From NCBI GenBank assembly GCA_038203565.1, contig JBBRDV010000002.1, forward strand, positions 14,283-78,282: a stretch of DNA of 64,000 nucleotides. Direction: 5' to 3'. This document shows positions 42,289-54,221 of this stretch, one piece after another. Below the pieces are notes generated by a model that searched no databases, was not told the DNA's origin, and saw nothing but the letters and a program-made list of their open reading frames with translations. A program made the position numbers and the translations under genes. Source of the stretch: Atribacterota bacterium. GTDB taxonomy: Bacteria; Atribacterota; Phoenicimicrobiia; Phoenicimicrobiales; Phoenicimicrobiaceae. Positions within the stretch are counted from its first letter, which is position 1. Each line of letters begins with the position of its first letter.

Positions 42289-43775
42289 TTTTTTGCCTCC
42301 TTATGTTTTGCTGGTTTTATCGATGGTTTCTTCTTTTCTACACCATTATTTTGTTCAAAGTTAAAGGCTGCTCGAAGTATAGTCTCTTCACTAAAATGCT
42401 TACCGATAATTTGTAAACCTATAGGCAGATTACTTTTGCTGTATCCGCAATTAAGAGAAATTGCGGGTATACCGGCTAAATTAATAGGGATAGTATAAAT
42501 ATCAGAAAGATACATAGTTAAAGGATCGGATACCTTTTCATTCAGCTTAAAAGCAGGGGTAGGCGAAGTAGGGGTAATAAGGATATCGTATTTTCTAAAT
42601 ACTTTATCAAAATCTTCTTTTATTAAAGTACGAACTTTCTGGGCTTTCAAATAATAAGCATCATAATAACCTGAACTCAAGGCATATGTACCTAACATAA
42701 TTCTTCTTTTTACTTCTCTTCCAAAACCTTCACTTCTGGTCTTCTGATACATGGAGGACAGATTTTCATACTCTTCTGCTCTATAACCGTATTGCACGCC
42801 ATCATATCGCGCTAAGTTTGAGCTTGCTTCTGCAGTAGCAATCAAATAATAAGTGGGTAGAGAATATTCTGTGTGGGGTAATGATGCTTCTTCAATCTTT
42901 GCTCCTAATTTTTCAAATGTTTTCAAAGCTTTATCCAATGCACCCTTTACTTCCGGGTCTATTCCTTCGATAAAATATTCCTTAGGAACACCTACTTTTA
43001 AATCCTTTATTCCTTCTTGACAAGATTTTAGATAATCAGGCACTTCTAAATTTACGGAAGTAGAATCCATATTATCATGTCCGCTTATAACTTTCATTAC
43101 TAGAGCACAATCGGTCACATCTTTTGCTATGGGTCCTATTTGATCTAAAGACGAGGCATAGGCAACCAAACCGTATCTGGAGACCCTGCCATAAGTCGGT
43201 TTTAATCCCACCATTCCACAGAGAGATGCAGGTTGACGTATAGAGCCTCCCGTATCTGTACCCAAAGCAACAAAGGTCTCATCTGCTGCCACTGCGGCAG
43301 ATGAACCACCGCTGGAACCACCGGGCACCCTTTCCAAGTCCCAGGGATTATAAGTGGGGCCAAAAGCAGAATTTTCAGTAGATGAACCCATAGCAAATTC
43401 ATCCATATTGGTTTTTCCTATTATTATTGCTCCCGCTTCCCTTAATCTATTTATTACCGTAGCATTATAGGGCGGAATAAAACCTTTTAGTATTTTAGAA
43501 CCACAAGTTGTCTCTAATCCTTTTGTAGTAATTATATCCTTTATAGCAACCGCTACACCTGCCAGAGGAGGAAGTTTTTCTCCGTTTTTCACTTTTTTGT
43601 CTATTTCTTTGGCTTGTTTTAAGGCCTCTTCTCGGTTAATAACTAGAAAGGCTTTGATTAGATTGTCTACTTTATCTATCTGATTAAAAATATCCTGCAT
43701 AATTTCATAAGCAGTTATTCTCTTTTTTTTAATTAAGTTTACAGCTTCGTGAGCAGTTAATTGGTTTAAGGTCAA
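42285..43775 (-). CDS. gatA: Asp/Glu-tRNA amidotransferase subunit A
   Basis: Amidase signature [13 protein letters not shown]; 496 aa. Confidence 0.95.
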   Translation of the reverse strand: MTLNQLTAHEAVNLIKKKRITAYEIMQDIFNQIDKVDNLIKAFLVINREEALKQAKEIDKKVKNGEKLPPLAGVAVAIKDIITTKGLETTCGSKILKGFIPPYNATVINRLREAGAIIIGKTNMDEFAMGSSTENSAFGPTYNPWDLERVPGGSSGGSSAAVAADETFVALGTDTGGSIRQPASLCGMVGLKPTYGRVSRYGLVAYASSLDQIGPIAKDVTDCALVMKVISGHDNMDSTSVNLEVPDYLKSCQEGIKDLKVGVPKEYFIEGIDPEVKGALDKALKTFEKLGAKIEEASLPHTEYSLPTYYLIATAEASSNLARYDGVQYGYRAEEYENLSSMYQKTRSEGFGREVKRRIMLGTYALSSGYYDAYYLKAQKVRTLIKEDFDKVFRKYDILITPTSPTPAFKLNEKVSDPLTMYLSDIYTIPINLAGIPAISLNCGYSKSNLPIGLQIIGKHFSEETILRAAFNFEQNNGVEKKKPSIKPAKHKEAKK

Positions 43776-43810
43776 TTATCTTTCCTCCTCTTACTTTATC
43801 AAATTTTAGA

Positions 43811-44104
43811 TTACATTATTTTAGGAACTTTGAAATATCCTTTTTTAATATATTTACTATTGGAAAGGACTTCTTCTCGGGGTAAAGAAGGTTTAACCTT
43901 ATCTTCATTCATTAGATTAGGCATGGAAATAACATAAGCGGTGGGTTCAACCTTTTCAGTATCAAGTTCATCTAATTTTTTAAAATAATCTAAAATTGAA
44001 TTTAACTGAGAAGTAAATTCCTCTTTTTCTTCTTCATTAAATTCTAATTTAGATAATTCAGCGACATATTCTACTTCTTTTTTAGTAATTATTTTTTCTG
44101 TCAT
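43811..44104 (-). CDS. gatC: Asp/Glu-tRNA amidotransferase subunit C
   Basis: 97 aa, located upstream of gatA-gatB. Confidence 0.85.
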   Translation of the reverse strand: MTEKIITKKEVEYVAELSKLEFNEEEKEEFTSQLNSILDYFKKLDELDTEKVEPTAYVISMPNLMNEDKVKPSLPREEVLSNSKYIKKGYFKVPKIM

Positions 44105-44136
44105 ATTATCTCCTCCATCTTAATTCGTATCTCGTA

Positions 44137-46182
<2,046 letters not shown>

Positions 46183-46286
46183 CTAATAAGTGTATCTAGA
46201 TTTACTCTATAAGAAACTGCCTGGTTAGATATTTTATTACAATTAAGTATATACAAAAGATTGTTAAAACACAATCATGTTATTCT

Positions 46287-46425
46287 TATCGCGTATCGAG
46301 TATTAGGTATTTCGTAAAGAGAAAGAAAAGATTCAGAAACAAAATAAGAAAGGAAAAAACAAGAGTAATTACTATTCTTTTCTTTATCTTACTACCCCGC
46401 TTATGTAAAGTTATAGATTTTTTAA
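46287..46425. repeat. Repeat element: gcgtatcgagtattaggtat heptads, then aagagaaagaaaagat ... actaccccgcttatgtaaagtt. It is paralogous to the copy at 48326-48420.
   Basis: The two ~100-bp copies share gtatcgag-aagaaagagaagaaaagat-...-ACTACCCC-...-AAAGTT. Confidence 0.65.
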
Positions 46426-46451
46426 TAAATGATAATCTATGCTTTTATTGG

Positions 46452-48188
46452 TTATTCAATTTCATCCGGTATAAAACCTCTGAATTGAGCATTGTAAAGT
46501 TTAGTATATAATCCATCCTTGGCAATAAGCTCATCATGATTACCTTTTTCTTTAATTCCTTGGTCAGTTAAAACCACAATCTGGTTAGCATTTTTAATAG
46601 TAGATAGCCTGTGGGCAATTACCAGCACTGTTCTGCCGACAGTTAATTTTTCCAAGGCCTGTTGTATGACAATTTCAGCTTCACTGTCTAAAGCAGAGGT
46701 AGCTTCATCAAGTATGAGGATAGCAGGATTCTTTAAAAATGCTCTGGCCAGAGATATCCTCTGTTTTTGACCTCCTGAAAGTTTTATTCCTTTTTCCCCT
46801 ATATAGCTATCATATCCTTCGGGTAAACTCATAATAAAATCATGAATGTTAGCATTTTTGGAAGCTCTCACCACTTCTGTATCTTCTGCATCGGGTTTCC
46901 CATATAATATATTTTCCTTTATTGTCCCGGTAAACAAAAAAATATCCTGCTGGACCAAGCCAATATTCTCTCTTAGGGATTTTATTTTTAGATTTTTTAT
47001 ATTAATGCCATCAATTAATATTTCACCATCATTAACCTCATAAAATCTGGGGATTAACTGGCAAAGAGTAGTTTTCCCACCACCGGATGGACCTACTAAT
47101 GCCATTGTTTCTCCCGGCATTATAATAAGATTTATATTTGATAAAATATATTTTTCCTCGCTATACTTAAAAGCAACATTTTTAAACTCAATCTTTCCCT
47201 TTATTTCTTTTAAAGTAACGGCATCCTCTTTGTCTACTATAGAAGGTTTTACTTTCATAATTTCCACAAATCGTTCAAAGCCAGTCATGCCATCTTGAAA
47301 TTGCTGAGTAAAGTTAGTGAGTTTTCTAATCGGTTGAAGAAAGAAATTTATATACAAAAGATAGGCAACTAAATCCCCCATCCTTATATATCCCCGATAA
47401 ACAAAAAATCCACCAACGCTTAGTGTAATAATATTTAAGATATTTGACAAAAAGAATATTCCAGCAAAGAACTCTGCCATTACTTTATAAGCAAACTCTC
47501 TCGAATTATTAAACTCACTATTTCCCTGGTTAAATTTTTCAATTTCGTACTCTTCGTTAGTAAATGATTTTGCAACCCGTATACCAGATATACTGTTTTC
47601 TAATTGTGCATTAACATTGGCGATTCTTTTTTTGACTGATCTAAAGGCACTCGTCATTTTCTCCCTTTTTAAAATTGCATACCAGACTAACAAAGGTAAA
47701 AAACCATATATAATTAAAGTAAGCCTCCAGTCTATAGTAGTAAGAATAATAAATGAACCTATCAGCATTACCAGAGATAGGAATAAGTCTTCTGGTCCGT
47801 GATGGGCTAATTCAGAAATCTCCCTTAGGTCGTTTACTATTCGAGACATTATATGCCCGGTTTTTACATTATCAAAATAATCAAAAGATAGGGTCTGTAA
47901 ATGTTCAAAGAGATCTCTTCTCATGTCCCGTTCCATTCTGGTTCCCACAATATGTCCCCAGTAATCTATAATATAATTTAAAACTGCTCTAATTACAGCA
48001 AGCACTAACAAGACTATAGTAAATAAATAAAATATTCTTAATTTACCATTGGGTATAATATCATTAATAAATTGCCTGGTAATCAAGGGAAAAGCTAAAT
48101 CAATGGAGGATATTAAAAAAGCGCAGCTTAGATCCAATATAAATAACTTCAAGTACGGTTTATAATAAGATATAAATTTTTTTAGCAT
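46452..48188 (-). CDS. ABC transporter, fused permease/ATP-binding exporter (MsbA/LmrA-like)
   Basis: Six TM segments, Walker A GPSGGGKTT, signature LSGGQKQR, Walker B ILILDEATSALD. Confidence 0.85.
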   Translation of the reverse strand: MLKKFISYYKPYLKLFILDLSCAFLISSIDLAFPLITRQFINDIIPNGKLRIFYLFTIVLLVLAVIRAVLNYIIDYWGHIVGTRMERDMRRDLFEHLQTLSFDYFDNVKTGHIMSRIVNDLREISELAHHGPEDLFLSLVMLIGSFIILTTIDWRLTLIIYGFLPLLVWYAILKREKMTSAFRSVKKRIANVNAQLENSISGIRVAKSFTNEEYEIEKFNQGNSEFNNSREFAYKVMAEFFAGIFFLSNILNIITLSVGGFFVYRGYIRMGDLVAYLLYINFFLQPIRKLTNFTQQFQDGMTGFERFVEIMKVKPSIVDKEDAVTLKEIKGKIEFKNVAFKYSEEKYILSNINLIIMPGETMALVGPSGGGKTTLCQLIPRFYEVNDGEILIDGINIKNLKIKSLRENIGLVQQDIFLFTGTIKENILYGKPDAEDTEVVRASKNANIHDFIMSLPEGYDSYIGEKGIKLSGGQKQRISLARAFLKNPAILILDEATSALDSEAEIVIQQALEKLTVGRTVLVIAHRLSTIKNANQIVVLTDQGIKEKGNHDELIAKDGLYTKLYNAQFRGFIPDEIE

Positions 48189-48289
48189 TATTTTTCCTTT
48201 TTTATTATTTCAATCTTTTCAGCCTTATTTTTTAATGTTTTTACTATTTAACTTATAAAGTTTATCACTTTAAAAAAGGTTTTTCAAAT

Positions 48290-48355
48290 GTATCAAAGAA
48301 AGTATCAAAGAAAGTATCAAAGAAAGTATCGAGCATATAGTATCGCGTATCGAGT
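48290..48355. repeat. (GTATCAAAGAAA)x3 perfect 12-mer direct repeats followed by gtatcgagcatatagtatcgcgtatcgag
   Basis: Seen directly in the divergent ABC-transporter/prsA promoter region. Confidence 0.9.
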
Positions 48356-48522
48356 TAAGAAAGAGAAGAAAAGATAAAAAAATGGTATTCTTTTTTCATC
48401 TAACTACCCCAATAAAGTTTATGATAATAGAATTTAAAATTATCTTTACTTTGATTTTGAAAAATGATAAACTTTAAACTGCATGTTACAATTTATATAT
48501 ATATTTTGGAAGGAGCTTTTTA

Positions 48523-49452
48523 ATGAATAAACCAATGAATATTTTTAGAACCTTGACTGTTTTAACTCTATGCCTTTTGGTATTTTTAATTTTTAATTTT
48601 TCTTTTGTTTTTGCTGTTGAAGAAACATCTACTACCGAGACCAATACAGATACTGCCGACACTACCACCCTACCTTCCCAAGAAAAAACCGAAACTATAC
48701 TACCTCCGGAAACGATATTGGCTTCTTTTGGGGAGTATACTATTTCGCTGGGTGAATTTAATCAATTATGGGAAGAGATTCCGGAAGAGTCCAAAGTACA
48801 GCTTGATAAAAGTATGGTGCTCGACCAGATGATCTCAGAAAAACTGTTAATTCAAGAAGCAAAAAATATGGGTTTAGAAAAAGACAACGACGTATTAGAA
48901 CAGATTAAAAAAATAGCCGAACAAATTATAGTTCAAACTTTAATAGAAAGAGAAATCTTAAACAAGGTAAAGGTTAGTGATGAAGAAGTTTCCGAATATT
49001 ATGAACAAAACAAGGATAGTTTCACTGAAAAAGAACAAGTGCATTTATATAATATTTTATTAAAGACCGAGGAAGAGGCCCAAAATGTTCTCCAGCAATT
49101 GATAGCTGGAGGAGATTTTAACGCAATTACCATAGAAAAATCTACCGGCCCCAGTGCTGCCCAGGGTGGAGATTTAGGATATTTGTCTAAGGGTTCATTA
49201 ATTCCAGAAATTGAAGAGGTAATCTTCGCCTTAGAGATAGAAGAATTGAGCGAAGTAGTTAAAACTGATTTCGGTTTTCATATTTTTAAAATCACTGATA
49301 AAAAACCAGAAACCGTTATAGCTCTTGAAGAGGTTAAAGAAGAAATCATTCAAACTTTACTGCCTACTAAACAAAAAGAAGCTTTTGATAATCTCTTAGA
49401 AGAACTAAAGGGTAAAGTAGAAATCGAAATAAATGAAGAAGCTTTTAAATAG
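48523..49452 (+). CDS. PpiC/parvulin-type peptidyl-prolyl isomerase (PrsA/SurA-like foldase), secreted or lipid-anchored
   Basis: N-terminal signal/TM segment, Thr-rich linker, and parvulin domain (GGDLGYLSKG...FGFHIFK). Confidence 0.75.
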   Translation: MNKPMNIFRTLTVLTLCLLVFLIFNFSFVFAVEETSTTETNTDTADTTTLPSQEKTETILPPETILASFGEYTISLGEFNQLWEEIPEESKVQLDKSMVLDQMISEKLLIQEAKNMGLEKDNDVLEQIKKIAEQIIVQTLIEREILNKVKVSDEEVSEYYEQNKDSFTEKEQVHLYNILLKTEEEAQNVLQQLIAGGDFNAITIEKSTGPSAAQGGDLGYLSKGSLIPEIEEVIFALEIEELSEVVKTDFGFHIFKITDKKPETVIALEEVKEEIIQTLLPTKQKEAFDNLLEELKGKVEIEINEEAFK

Positions 49453-49513
49453 TATCGAGTATCGCGTATTGCCTAAGATATATGGGAGCTCAATGAATCG
49501 AGCTCCCATATAT
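49451..49513. terminator. Heptads (agtatcgagtatcgcgtatt), then a 14-bp perfect-stem hairpin atatatgggagctc-aatgaatc-gagctcccatatat, between convergent prsA and pcrA
   Basis: Perfect inverted repeat at 49478-49513. There is no strong T-tract, so its terminator function is inferred. Confidence 0.45.
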
Positions 49514-49557
49514 TACTTATTACATATCACTTATTACTGTATTCTGTACGCTACACG

Positions 49558-51750
49558 CTATAATTTTTCCACGGGTGCGAAATTCACCGATAACTTTTTT
49601 AATCCCACTCTTTCAAAATCCACAGTTATAAAAATATCATTTTTAGTATCTATTTTATTTAATATAACCCCTATTCCCCAATCCATATGCCTTATCTTAT
49701 CTCCCACTGATACCTCGATTTTTTCTCTTCTATTGTCAAGTGAAGGAATTTCTTCTCCTTTTTCTATACCTGCTTCTTCTTTAAGATGTTTTGGAATCTC
49801 AGAAATAAATCGTGAAACACTGTTAAATAAGGTATTACCATTCAAATTTCTTCTCCAGGCATAAGTCAAATATAACCTTTCTTTTGCTCTGGTCATCCCC
49901 ACATAACATAACCTTCTTTCTTCTTCTAATTCCTCCTCACTATTCAGGGAACGAGAATGGGGGAATATGCCTTCCTCAAACCCGGTAATAAAAACTACCG
50001 GAAATTCTAAACCCTTAGCACTATGCAGGGTCATAACTGTAACTACATCCTCTTCTCCTTTGTAAAGATCGATATCTGTAATTAAAGCAATGTATTCTAA
50101 AAAGGCAGTTAGGGATTTATCTTCATTATTCTCTTCAAACTCTTTTACCGCCAGGATCAATTCCTTTATATTTTCGATCTTGCTTTGAGCCTTGAATTCC
50201 CCTTCTTTTTTTAGTTCCTCATAATAATTGATTTTTTTTGTTAACTCTATGAGCAGTTCGCTCCCTTTCATTTCATCTTTCTTATCATTAAGCTCGTCAA
50301 TCAGGAAAGTAAATTTCTCTATCTTTTCTTTTCTGTCTACGGATATTTTTATTATTTTTAAACTCTTTTTTAAAGCTTGATAAAAATTTAAATTATTTTT
50401 TTTAGCCAATTCTATTATTTTGTTCAAGGTGGTCTTGCCGATACTCAATTTAGCATTATTAATAATTCTTAAAAAGCTTACTCCATCTTTTTGATCATGA
50501 ATAAATCGCAGATAAGCCAGAATATCTTTTACTTCCTTTCTCTCGTAAAATCTCAATCCCCCAACTACCCGAAAAGGAATACCTTGCTTATTAAAAATTT
50601 CTTCAAAAGACCTCGATTGGGCATTAGTCCGGTATAAAATGGCGAAATCCTTAAAAGTTTTATCTTCTTCCTTATTTAATTTCATAATCTGCTGACTTAC
50701 AAATACTGCTTCATCGATAGCACTGGCTGCTTCATAGCACCTTATCTTCTCACCGCCCCTTTTATCAGTCCATAGTTCTTTTTCTTTACGATTTTTGTTA
50801 TGTTTTATCAGATTTGTAGCTCCCTCTAATATTACTTTGGTAGATCGATAATTCTGTTCCAACTTGACCACTTTACTATGAGGAAAATCTTGTTCGAATC
50901 TTAAAATATTATTTAAATCCGCTCCTCTAAATTTATAAATACTCTGGTCAGGATCACCTACCACAAATAAATTAATATTTTTTTCCGAAAGTGATTTTAT
51001 TAACTGATATTGAGCTAAATTTATATCCTGATATTCATCTACCAATATATACCTAAATTTATTCTGATAATTTTCTAAAATCTCAGGTCTTTCTCTTAAG
51101 AGCTTTACCGTAAGTAAAATTAGGTCTCCAAAATCTAGGGCGTTGTTTTCGAATAATTCTTTTTGATATTGTTGGTAAATCTTTACTATAATTTTCTTAA
51201 AGTAGCTTACAGCATTATACTCAAATATTTCTGGGTCTTCTAAATTATTTTTAGCTTTATCTATTATAGATGAAACAATATTAGGGTTATATTTTTTGCT
51301 ATCTAAATCTAGAGCCTTAATACATCTTCTTATCATGCTAAGCTGATCGCCTTTGTCATAAATAACAAAATTTTTATCATAACCCAGGATATCTATCTCC
51401 TGGCGTAAAATCCGTGCACAGATAGAGTGAAAAGTACCCATCCATAAGCCTTTCATCATATTTCTATTGGAACTAACTTTACTTAACAATTCAATCCTAT
51501 TTTTCATCTCTTGAGCAGCTTTATTGGTAAAGGTAACAGCTAATATGTTGCTCGGGTTAATATTTTTTTGAAAAATTAAATAAGCGATTTTATGAGTCAA
51601 GACTTTTGTTTTTCCACTACCCGCGCCGGCAATAACTAATATTGGAGCATCTTTAATTTTTACTGCTTCCCGTTGTTTTTCATTTAAATTCTCTAATATC
51701 TTCATCTTTTTCTTCCGCAACTCCAATTTTCCTACCTCGGTCATTTCCAT
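49558..51750 (-). CDS. pcrA: ATP-dependent DNA helicase PcrA/UvrD
   Basis: Walker A GAGSGKT, UvrD helicase motifs, and a C-terminal Tudor-like tail. The real start is probably the internal MKILENLNEKQ. Confidence 0.9.
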   Translation of the reverse strand: MEMTEVGKLELRKKKMKILENLNEKQREAVKIKDAPILVIAGAGSGKTKVLTHKIAYLIFQKNINPSNILAVTFTNKAAQEMKNRIELLSKVSSNRNMMKGLWMGTFHSICARILRQEIDILGYDKNFVIYDKGDQLSMIRRCIKALDLDSKKYNPNIVSSIIDKAKNNLEDPEIFEYNAVSYFKKIIVKIYQQYQKELFENNALDFGDLILLTVKLLRERPEILENYQNKFRYILVDEYQDINLAQYQLIKSLSEKNINLFVVGDPDQSIYKFRGADLNNILRFEQDFPHSKVVKLEQNYRSTKVILEGATNLIKHNKNRKEKELWTDKRGGEKIRCYEAASAIDEAVFVSQQIMKLNKEEDKTFKDFAILYRTNAQSRSFEEIFNKQGIPFRVVGGLRFYERKEVKDILAYLRFIHDQKDGVSFLRIINNAKLSIGKTTLNKIIELAKKNNLNFYQALKKSLKIIKISVDRKEKIEKFTFLIDELNDKKDEMKGSELLIELTKKINYYEELKKEGEFKAQSKIENIKELILAVKEFEENNEDKSLTAFLEYIALITDIDLYKGEEDVVTVMTLHSAKGLEFPVVFITGFEEGIFPHSRSLNSEEELEEERRLCYVGMTRAKERLYLTYAWRRNLNGNTLFNSVSRFISEIPKHLKEEAGIEKGEEIPSLDNRREKIEVSVGDKIRHMDWGIGVILNKIDTKNDIFITVDFERVGLKKLSVNFAPVEKL

Positions 51751-51795
51751 GGAAATAGGAACCTATCTTTCCTTTTTTATCTTTTGGCATCTTTG

Positions 51796-51815
51796 GACAC
51801 GATGCATCGCACCCC
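51796..51815. repeat. REP-like hairpin ggacacgatgcatcgcacccctac
   Basis: Imperfect copy of the gggcacgatgcatcgtgcccctac family. Confidence 0.6.
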
Positions 51816-51821
51816 TACATT

Positions 51822-53015
51822 CTAATACCTTAAAATATTTTCTATCCTATCCAAACCCTCTTTAATATCTTCCATAGAAGTAGCATAAGACAACCTCAAA
51901 TATCCTTCTGCTTCAAAAGCACTTCCCGGAATTAAAGCAACTTCCGTTTCCTTTAAGATAAAATCAGCAAGGTCAAACGAATTAATAATTCTCTTACCAT
52001 TATATTTAACACCTTTCTCTAATATTTTACTCACATTAGGAAAGGCATAAAAGGCTCCAGAAGGCTTAAGACATGAAACTCCTTTTATTTTGTTTAGCTT
52101 TTCTACCATATATTTCCTTCTCTCTTCGAATTTTCTTCTCATCTCTTCGATAGTATCTTGTCTCCCGTTTAAGGCTTCCACACTGGCTTTTTGAGCAATA
52201 GAATTAGGATTAGAAGTACTGTGTTCTTGGATTTTGGACATTCCTTTGATAATTTCCTCAGGACCTGCAGCATAACCAATTCTCCAGCCAGTCATAGCAT
52301 AAGATTTGGATACACCATTTATAGTAATAATTTTTTCTTTTATTTCATCACTCAAGGAAGCTATGCTTAGATGTTTTGCATTATCATAAACCAATTTTTC
52401 GTATATTTCATCAGATATACAATAAATATCATACTTTACAAGAAGCTGAGCTATCTTTTTTAGCTCTTCCACTTCATATACAGCACCAGTAGGATTATTA
52501 GGGCTATTTAAGATAAGTAATTTAGTCTTGGAAGATATTTTTTCTTCAACTTGAGCAGCAGATAATTTAAAAGCATCCTCCTGATAAGTATTAATAAATA
52601 TGGGGACTGCTTCTGCGAATTTTATCTGCTCAGTATAACTAACCCAGCAAGGAGTCGGCAATAATACTTCATCACCTGGATCGCAAATAGTTAAAATTGT
52701 ATTAAAAAGGCATTGCTTTGCTCCGGTAGACACCATTATCTCTGAAGTTTTGTACTCTATTTTATTATCTTTCTTAAGTTTTTCTAATATTGCTTCTTTA
52801 AGCTCAATTATTCCTGAATTTGTAGTGTAATGGGTAAAACTTTCTCTTATAGCAGAAATAGCCTTTTCTCTAATATTTTCTGGAGTAGCAAAGTCAGGTT
52901 CACCTGCAGCAAAACTGATTACTTTCTTCCCTTCCCGTTTCATCTTAAGAGCCAGTGCAGTAATAGTCAAAGTCTGGGATGGATTTATATTTATTACTCT
53001 TTTTGAAATAGTCAT
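51822..53015 (-). CDS. aspC: Aspartate/aromatic aminotransferase (class I PLP enzyme)
   Basis: Fold type I aminotransferase with the PLP Lys in the SKSYAMTGWR motif; 397 aa. Confidence 0.75.
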   Translation of the reverse strand: MTISKRVININPSQTLTITALALKMKREGKKVISFAAGEPDFATPENIREKAISAIRESFTHYTTNSGIIELKEAILEKLKKDNKIEYKTSEIMVSTGAKQCLFNTILTICDPGDEVLLPTPCWVSYTEQIKFAEAVPIFINTYQEDAFKLSAAQVEEKISSKTKLLILNSPNNPTGAVYEVEELKKIAQLLVKYDIYCISDEIYEKLVYDNAKHLSIASLSDEIKEKIITINGVSKSYAMTGWRIGYAAGPEEIIKGMSKIQEHSTSNPNSIAQKASVEALNGRQDTIEEMRRKFEERRKYMVEKLNKIKGVSCLKPSGAFYAFPNVSKILEKGVKYNGKRIINSFDLADFILKETEVALIPGSAFEAEGYLRLSYATSMEDIKEGLDRIENILRY

Positions 53016-53040
53016 CTTTTCCTTTCCTTTCCATTTGTAT

Positions 53041-53125
53041 AGGGGTCAGGTCTCAACATTTGACATAAGCTATTTTTAAATTAAGCAGATAGTAAGCTTA
53101 TGTCAAATGTTGAGACCTGACCCCT
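53041..53125. repeat. 85-bp perfect palindrome: 31-bp arms aggggtcaggtctcaacatttgacataagct / agcttatgtcaaatgttgagacctgacccct with a 23-nt loop. It is flanked by tat-agggg...cccct-ac.
   Basis: Seen directly, between the ilvE stop and the aspC start. Confidence 0.9.
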
Positions 53126-53137
53126 ACTTTTTATTTT

Positions 53138-54046
53138 TCAGATATAATCAAGCCAACTTAAGTATTTATCTTCCTTCCCTTTAGCGATATCGAAGAACTT
53201 CTTTTGTATATTTTCAGTTATTGGGCCACGCTTACCTTCACCGATCTGATAATTATCAATTTCTCTGATAGGAGTTACTTCGGCCGCTGTACCGGTAAAA
53301 AATACCTCATCAGATATATAAAGTTCATCTCGACAGATATACTTCTCTTGAAATTGGTAGTTCATATCCCCTACAATTTTTATTATAGAATCTCGAGTAA
53401 TTCCTTCTAACACTGTGGCAGTAGGCGTTGTATAAATTATTCCATTTTTAATCCAAAATATATTCTCACCTGATCCCTCAGTTACAAAGCCTCTTGTGTC
53501 CAATAATATCGCCTCATCAACTCCTGCTTCAATTGCTTCCATCTTGGCAAAGATAGAATTAACATAATTACCACAAATTTTGGCTTTTTGAGAAGTTGAA
53601 TTTATATAACTTCGAGCATAACTCGAAATCTTAGTCTTGATCCCATTGACTATTGCTTCTTCGCCTAAATAAGCGCCCCATTCCCAAACAGCAATAGTAC
53701 AATTAACTGGACATGTGAAGGGATTTAATCCTAATTGTTCAAAACCACGATAGATTAAAGGACGGATATAACCACTCTTAAGCTTATTTACCTTTATAGT
53801 ATCTTTAATAGCTTCCCTAATCTCTTCTTTTGTATAACGAATAACCATTTTGAATATTTTTGCTGAATTAAATAAACGATCAATATGTTCTTTTAATCTA
53901 AAAACTGCGGTCCCACTCTCGGTCTCGTAAGCCCTTATACCTTCAAATACTCCACTTCCATAATGCAGGGCATGAGTGCATACATGAACTTTTGCCTCAT
54001 CCCAATCGACCATCTTCCCATCCATCCAGATTTTTTCAGCTTTCAT
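53138..54046 (-). CDS. ilvE: Branched-chain amino acid aminotransferase (class IV PLP enzyme)
   Basis: WMDGKMV...FEG.RAY...EVFFTGTAAEVTPI motifs; 302 aa. Confidence 0.8.
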   Translation of the reverse strand: MKAEKIWMDGKMVDWDEAKVHVCTHALHYGSGVFEGIRAYETESGTAVFRLKEHIDRLFNSAKIFKMVIRYTKEEIREAIKDTIKVNKLKSGYIRPLIYRGFEQLGLNPFTCPVNCTIAVWEWGAYLGEEAIVNGIKTKISSYARSYINSTSQKAKICGNYVNSIFAKMEAIEAGVDEAILLDTRGFVTEGSGENIFWIKNGIIYTTPTATVLEGITRDSIIKIVGDMNYQFQEKYICRDELYISDEVFFTGTAAEVTPIREIDNYQIGEGKRGPITENIQKKFFDIAKGKEDKYLSWLDYI

Positions 54047-54119
54047 TTTTACTTACCTCCTCATTAAGACTAACTTTAGGATAATTTTAACATATTTTTC
54101 TAAAAATTACATAATATTA

Positions 54120-54180
54120 ATTCGTATCTCGTGAATCGTATCTCGTGAATCGTATCTCGTTTTTTAGCGTATAACGTATA
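54120..54180. repeat. (TCGTATCTCGTGAA)x2.8 14-nt (2x7) tandem array plus agcgtataacgtatag
   Basis: ttcgtatctcgtgaatcgtatctcgtgaatcgtatctcgt. It is the same unit as at 1951-1980. Confidence 0.9.
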
Positions 54181-54221
54181 GAATTTGGGTAGTAATCACA
54201 TAATGCTCTAATTAAATATTT

